Positions 61,430 to 64,000 of a DNA stretch of 64,000 bases are shown here, piece by piece (position 1 is the stretch's first letter; every line of letters begins with the position of its first letter). The notes under the pieces were generated by a model that worked only from the letters and a program-made list of their open reading frames with translations, was not told where the DNA came from and searched no databases. Source of the DNA: Psammoneis japonica (Eukaryota); NCBI GenBank assembly GCA_008632985.1, contig QPGO01000288.1:1-64000 (forward strand), given 5' to 3'. The position numbers and the translations under genes are program-made.

Positions 61430-63500
61430 CACAAAGATGAGTGGCAACGTCGACTCCAAGAGTTGGTTGACTTCAAAGAAAAGAATGGGCATCTCATTGC
61501 ACTGACAAGCTCTTCTTTGGGCTGTTGGACAAGCCAACAATGCAAGGGATTTGAAGAAAAATTGAGCAATCGCAAGTCACCTCTCACAGAAGAGCAAAGA
61601 GCCCAGCTGAACGACATCGGCTTCGACCTCAACCAATCTCCCCGAGATGCTCAGTGGCACCTCATGCTCAGCAAATTGCTGGAGCTCAAAGCTGGTCATG
61701 GACATTGTCATGTCCCATGGCATTATTTGGAAAACAAACACCTCGCACTTTGGGTCACAATGCAGTGCAGGAATTGCAGGTGTTGTCAAAACAAAAGCAA
61801 GCCTTGCTCAATGACTCTAGATCGTCTGAAAGCTCTGGAAGATGCAGGATTCGAGTGGTCAGTGCCGGGAGGAAGAACAGCTCTTGACAATTCCAGTTGG
61901 AAGCACATGCTCAATGAACCATTAGAATTCAAAGCTGCTCATGGACATTGTCGTGTCCCGCAGCATTGTTCGGAAAACAAACGCCTCGCACTTTGGGTCA
62001 TGACGCAGTGCAGGAATTACAAGCGTTGTCAAAACAAAAGCAAGCCTTGCTCAATGACTCCGGATCATCTGAAAGCTCTGGAAGACGCAGGATTTGAGTG
62101 GTCAGAGCTGCGAGGAAGAATGGCTCTTGACAATTCCAGTTGGAAGCGCATGCTCAACGAACTGTTAGAATTCAAAGCTCTGTTCATGGGCATTGTCATG
62201 TCCCAATGTCTCATTCGGAAAACAAACGCCTCGCACATTGGGTCGCAACACAGCGCAGGAACTGCAAGCGTTGTCAAAACAAAAGCAAGCCTTGCTCAAT
62301 GACTCCGGATCGTCTGAAAGCTCTGGAAGACGCAGGATTTGAGTGGTCAGTGCCGCGAGAAGAACGGCTCTTGACAATTCCAGTTGGAAGCGCATGCTCA
62401 ACGAACTGTTGGAATTCAAAGCTTTCATGGGCATTGTCGAGTGCCAACATCTTATTCGGAAAACAGTCGACTCGCACATTGGGTGATGAACCAGCGTGCG
62501 TTCTTTAAGCGTCATCAAAACAACAAGCCTTGCCAGATCACACCTGATCGCATAAGACAATTGGAAGATGCAGATTCGAGTGGTTTCGCAGGGACGCTAT
62601 CAGCGAGGAGTGGAATTTGATGTTAAACGAGTCATTGGAATTCAAGACAATTCACGGCCATTGTCGTGTCCCGTGTCCGTACTCTGAAAACAAACGGCTA
62701 GGCAATTGTGTCGCAACACAGCGTTCCGACTACAAGAAGTTTAAAAACGAAGAGAAGCCTTGTCCCATGACGCGTGATCGGATAAGAGCATTGGAAGATG
62801 CCGGATTTGAGTGGTCGGCAACAACGGGGAAATGGAATGACTGGTTCAATGAGTTGTTGGAATTCAAAGCTACGCATGGGCATTGTCGTGTCCCTAATGA
62901 CTCAGAGAATAAAGCCCTATGTCGTTGGGTTGCGAGGCAACGTACAGCTTTCAAAAGCTGTCAAGACAATACCCAGCCATGCGCATTGACGACAGACCGG
63001 GAAGAGCATTGGAAGATGTAGGATTTGAATGGTCGGTACAAGGAAAGGGATGGCATGTTATGTTTGATGAGCTTTTGCGATTCAAAGCCATTCACGGGCA
63101 TTGTCGCGTGCCGAATGTCTATCCGGAGAACAAACGACTCGCCCGGTGGATTTCTCAGCAGCGAATACATTACAAGCGTTACCAAAACAAAAAGAAGTCT
63201 TGTGTCTTGTTCAATGACGCCAGGTCGCATTAACGCATTGGAAGGAGCTGGATTCGAATGGTCACTGCAAACGAGTAATTGGAATGCCATGTATGATGAG
63301 TTAATGCAATTTAGAGCTGTTCATTGACATTGCCATGTGCCAACCAATTACTCGGAAAACAAGCGTCTCGGACGTTGGATCGCGACCCAGCGCAGAATGT
63401 ACAAACAAAGTCAAGATAAAAAACAGCCTGGTTCATTGACCCAAGCACGGATAGCGGCATTGGATAATGCCGGGTTGATGTCAGCTAGAAGAATCCTGTA
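61430..63500 (+). pseudogene. Tandem HA-domain protein, about 9 repeats, copy 2 (frameshifts and a premature stop)
   Basis: Same repeat motif. The 3' repeats are highly similar to 38640-39750; GGA>TGA at about 63325; several indels. Confidence 0.88.
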
Positions 63501-63509
63501 ACCAATAAA

Positions 63510-63905
63510 TTTAACTTCTTTCGAGTTCTTCTCTTGAGGAGATCCTGTTGAAGGTCGCGGTTGCCTGTTGCCTGGATCCAATCAATACATGTCTAGTCGA
63601 ACGGCAATATCACCAAGGCGATGCTCCAAAAAGCTTCAAGCTAGCAAGTGAACCCAGAACAACTCAGTAGGAGCGCGATGCAATCTGTGACGCACAACAA
63701 AGACAAGCAAACAAGCAACTACACAACACTTTGACGCACTAGCTCTCGCGCATCACTGCCTCGTACTGTAGAGATTTCTTTATTCAATTCAAGTTAGCCT
63801 TGTAGAAGTGCGAACTGCATCGTCAGAGTATGCATTCATCGAAAATCACGTACAGTACATTATGCAAAGCAGTATCAAGAGTGTCACTTTTCGCCAACTC
63901 AATCA
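63510..63905 (+). repeat. Non-coding 3' flank duplicated with 39750-40126
   Basis: ttaacttcttt..gttgaaggtcgcggttgcctgttgcctggatccaatcaatacatg..ggagcgcgatgcaatctgtgac..tgtcacttttcgccaactcaatca occurs in both places; similarity ends abruptly after actcaatca. Confidence 0.9.
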
Positions 63906-64000
63906 TTTTCACCGCTACATATCTAATAAAATACAGATTCCACTCTCGACAATCCTCTCTCGTTTCGTCTCTATTCCGCTTTTCTTGGGTATGGATAATT

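Overview
Eukaryotic genomic DNA, most likely a diatom (inference from short GT-AG introns, a signal-peptide+F plastid-targeting pattern, HA-domain repeat genes and general gene style). Gene-dense islands alternate with relic blocks (~1.5-3.95, 19.1-26.6, 36.7-38.9, 41.5-49.2, 51.6-55.3 and 61.1-62.4 kb). The islands hold HIBCH-like, FGAM synthase, DEK, MOG1, thioredoxin-like, acyltransferase-3, SGNH, CDC123-like/GGCT fusion, alpha/beta hydrolase, RAD50, sulfotransferase, MscS, LMW-PTP-like, Cys-loop channel and cyclophilin genes. The relic blocks are almost free of both CpG and TpA and are saturated with TG/CA. Tandem HA-domain repeats record this as a gradient, with Tyr codons becoming Cys/His and Arg CGT becoming CAT/TGT. 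This points to a repeat-directed hypermutation that 5mC deamination alone cannot explain, and it is the most striking signal here. Other notable items are an ATP-grasp/GGCT fusion, a Cys-loop channel with two extracellular domains plus an orphan paralogous tail, a divergent AT3/SGNH pair, and CTAG-rich palindromic islands upstream of genes. Several genes carry single-base frameshifts that are probably assembly errors. All calls come from reading motifs by eye; no database searches were run.
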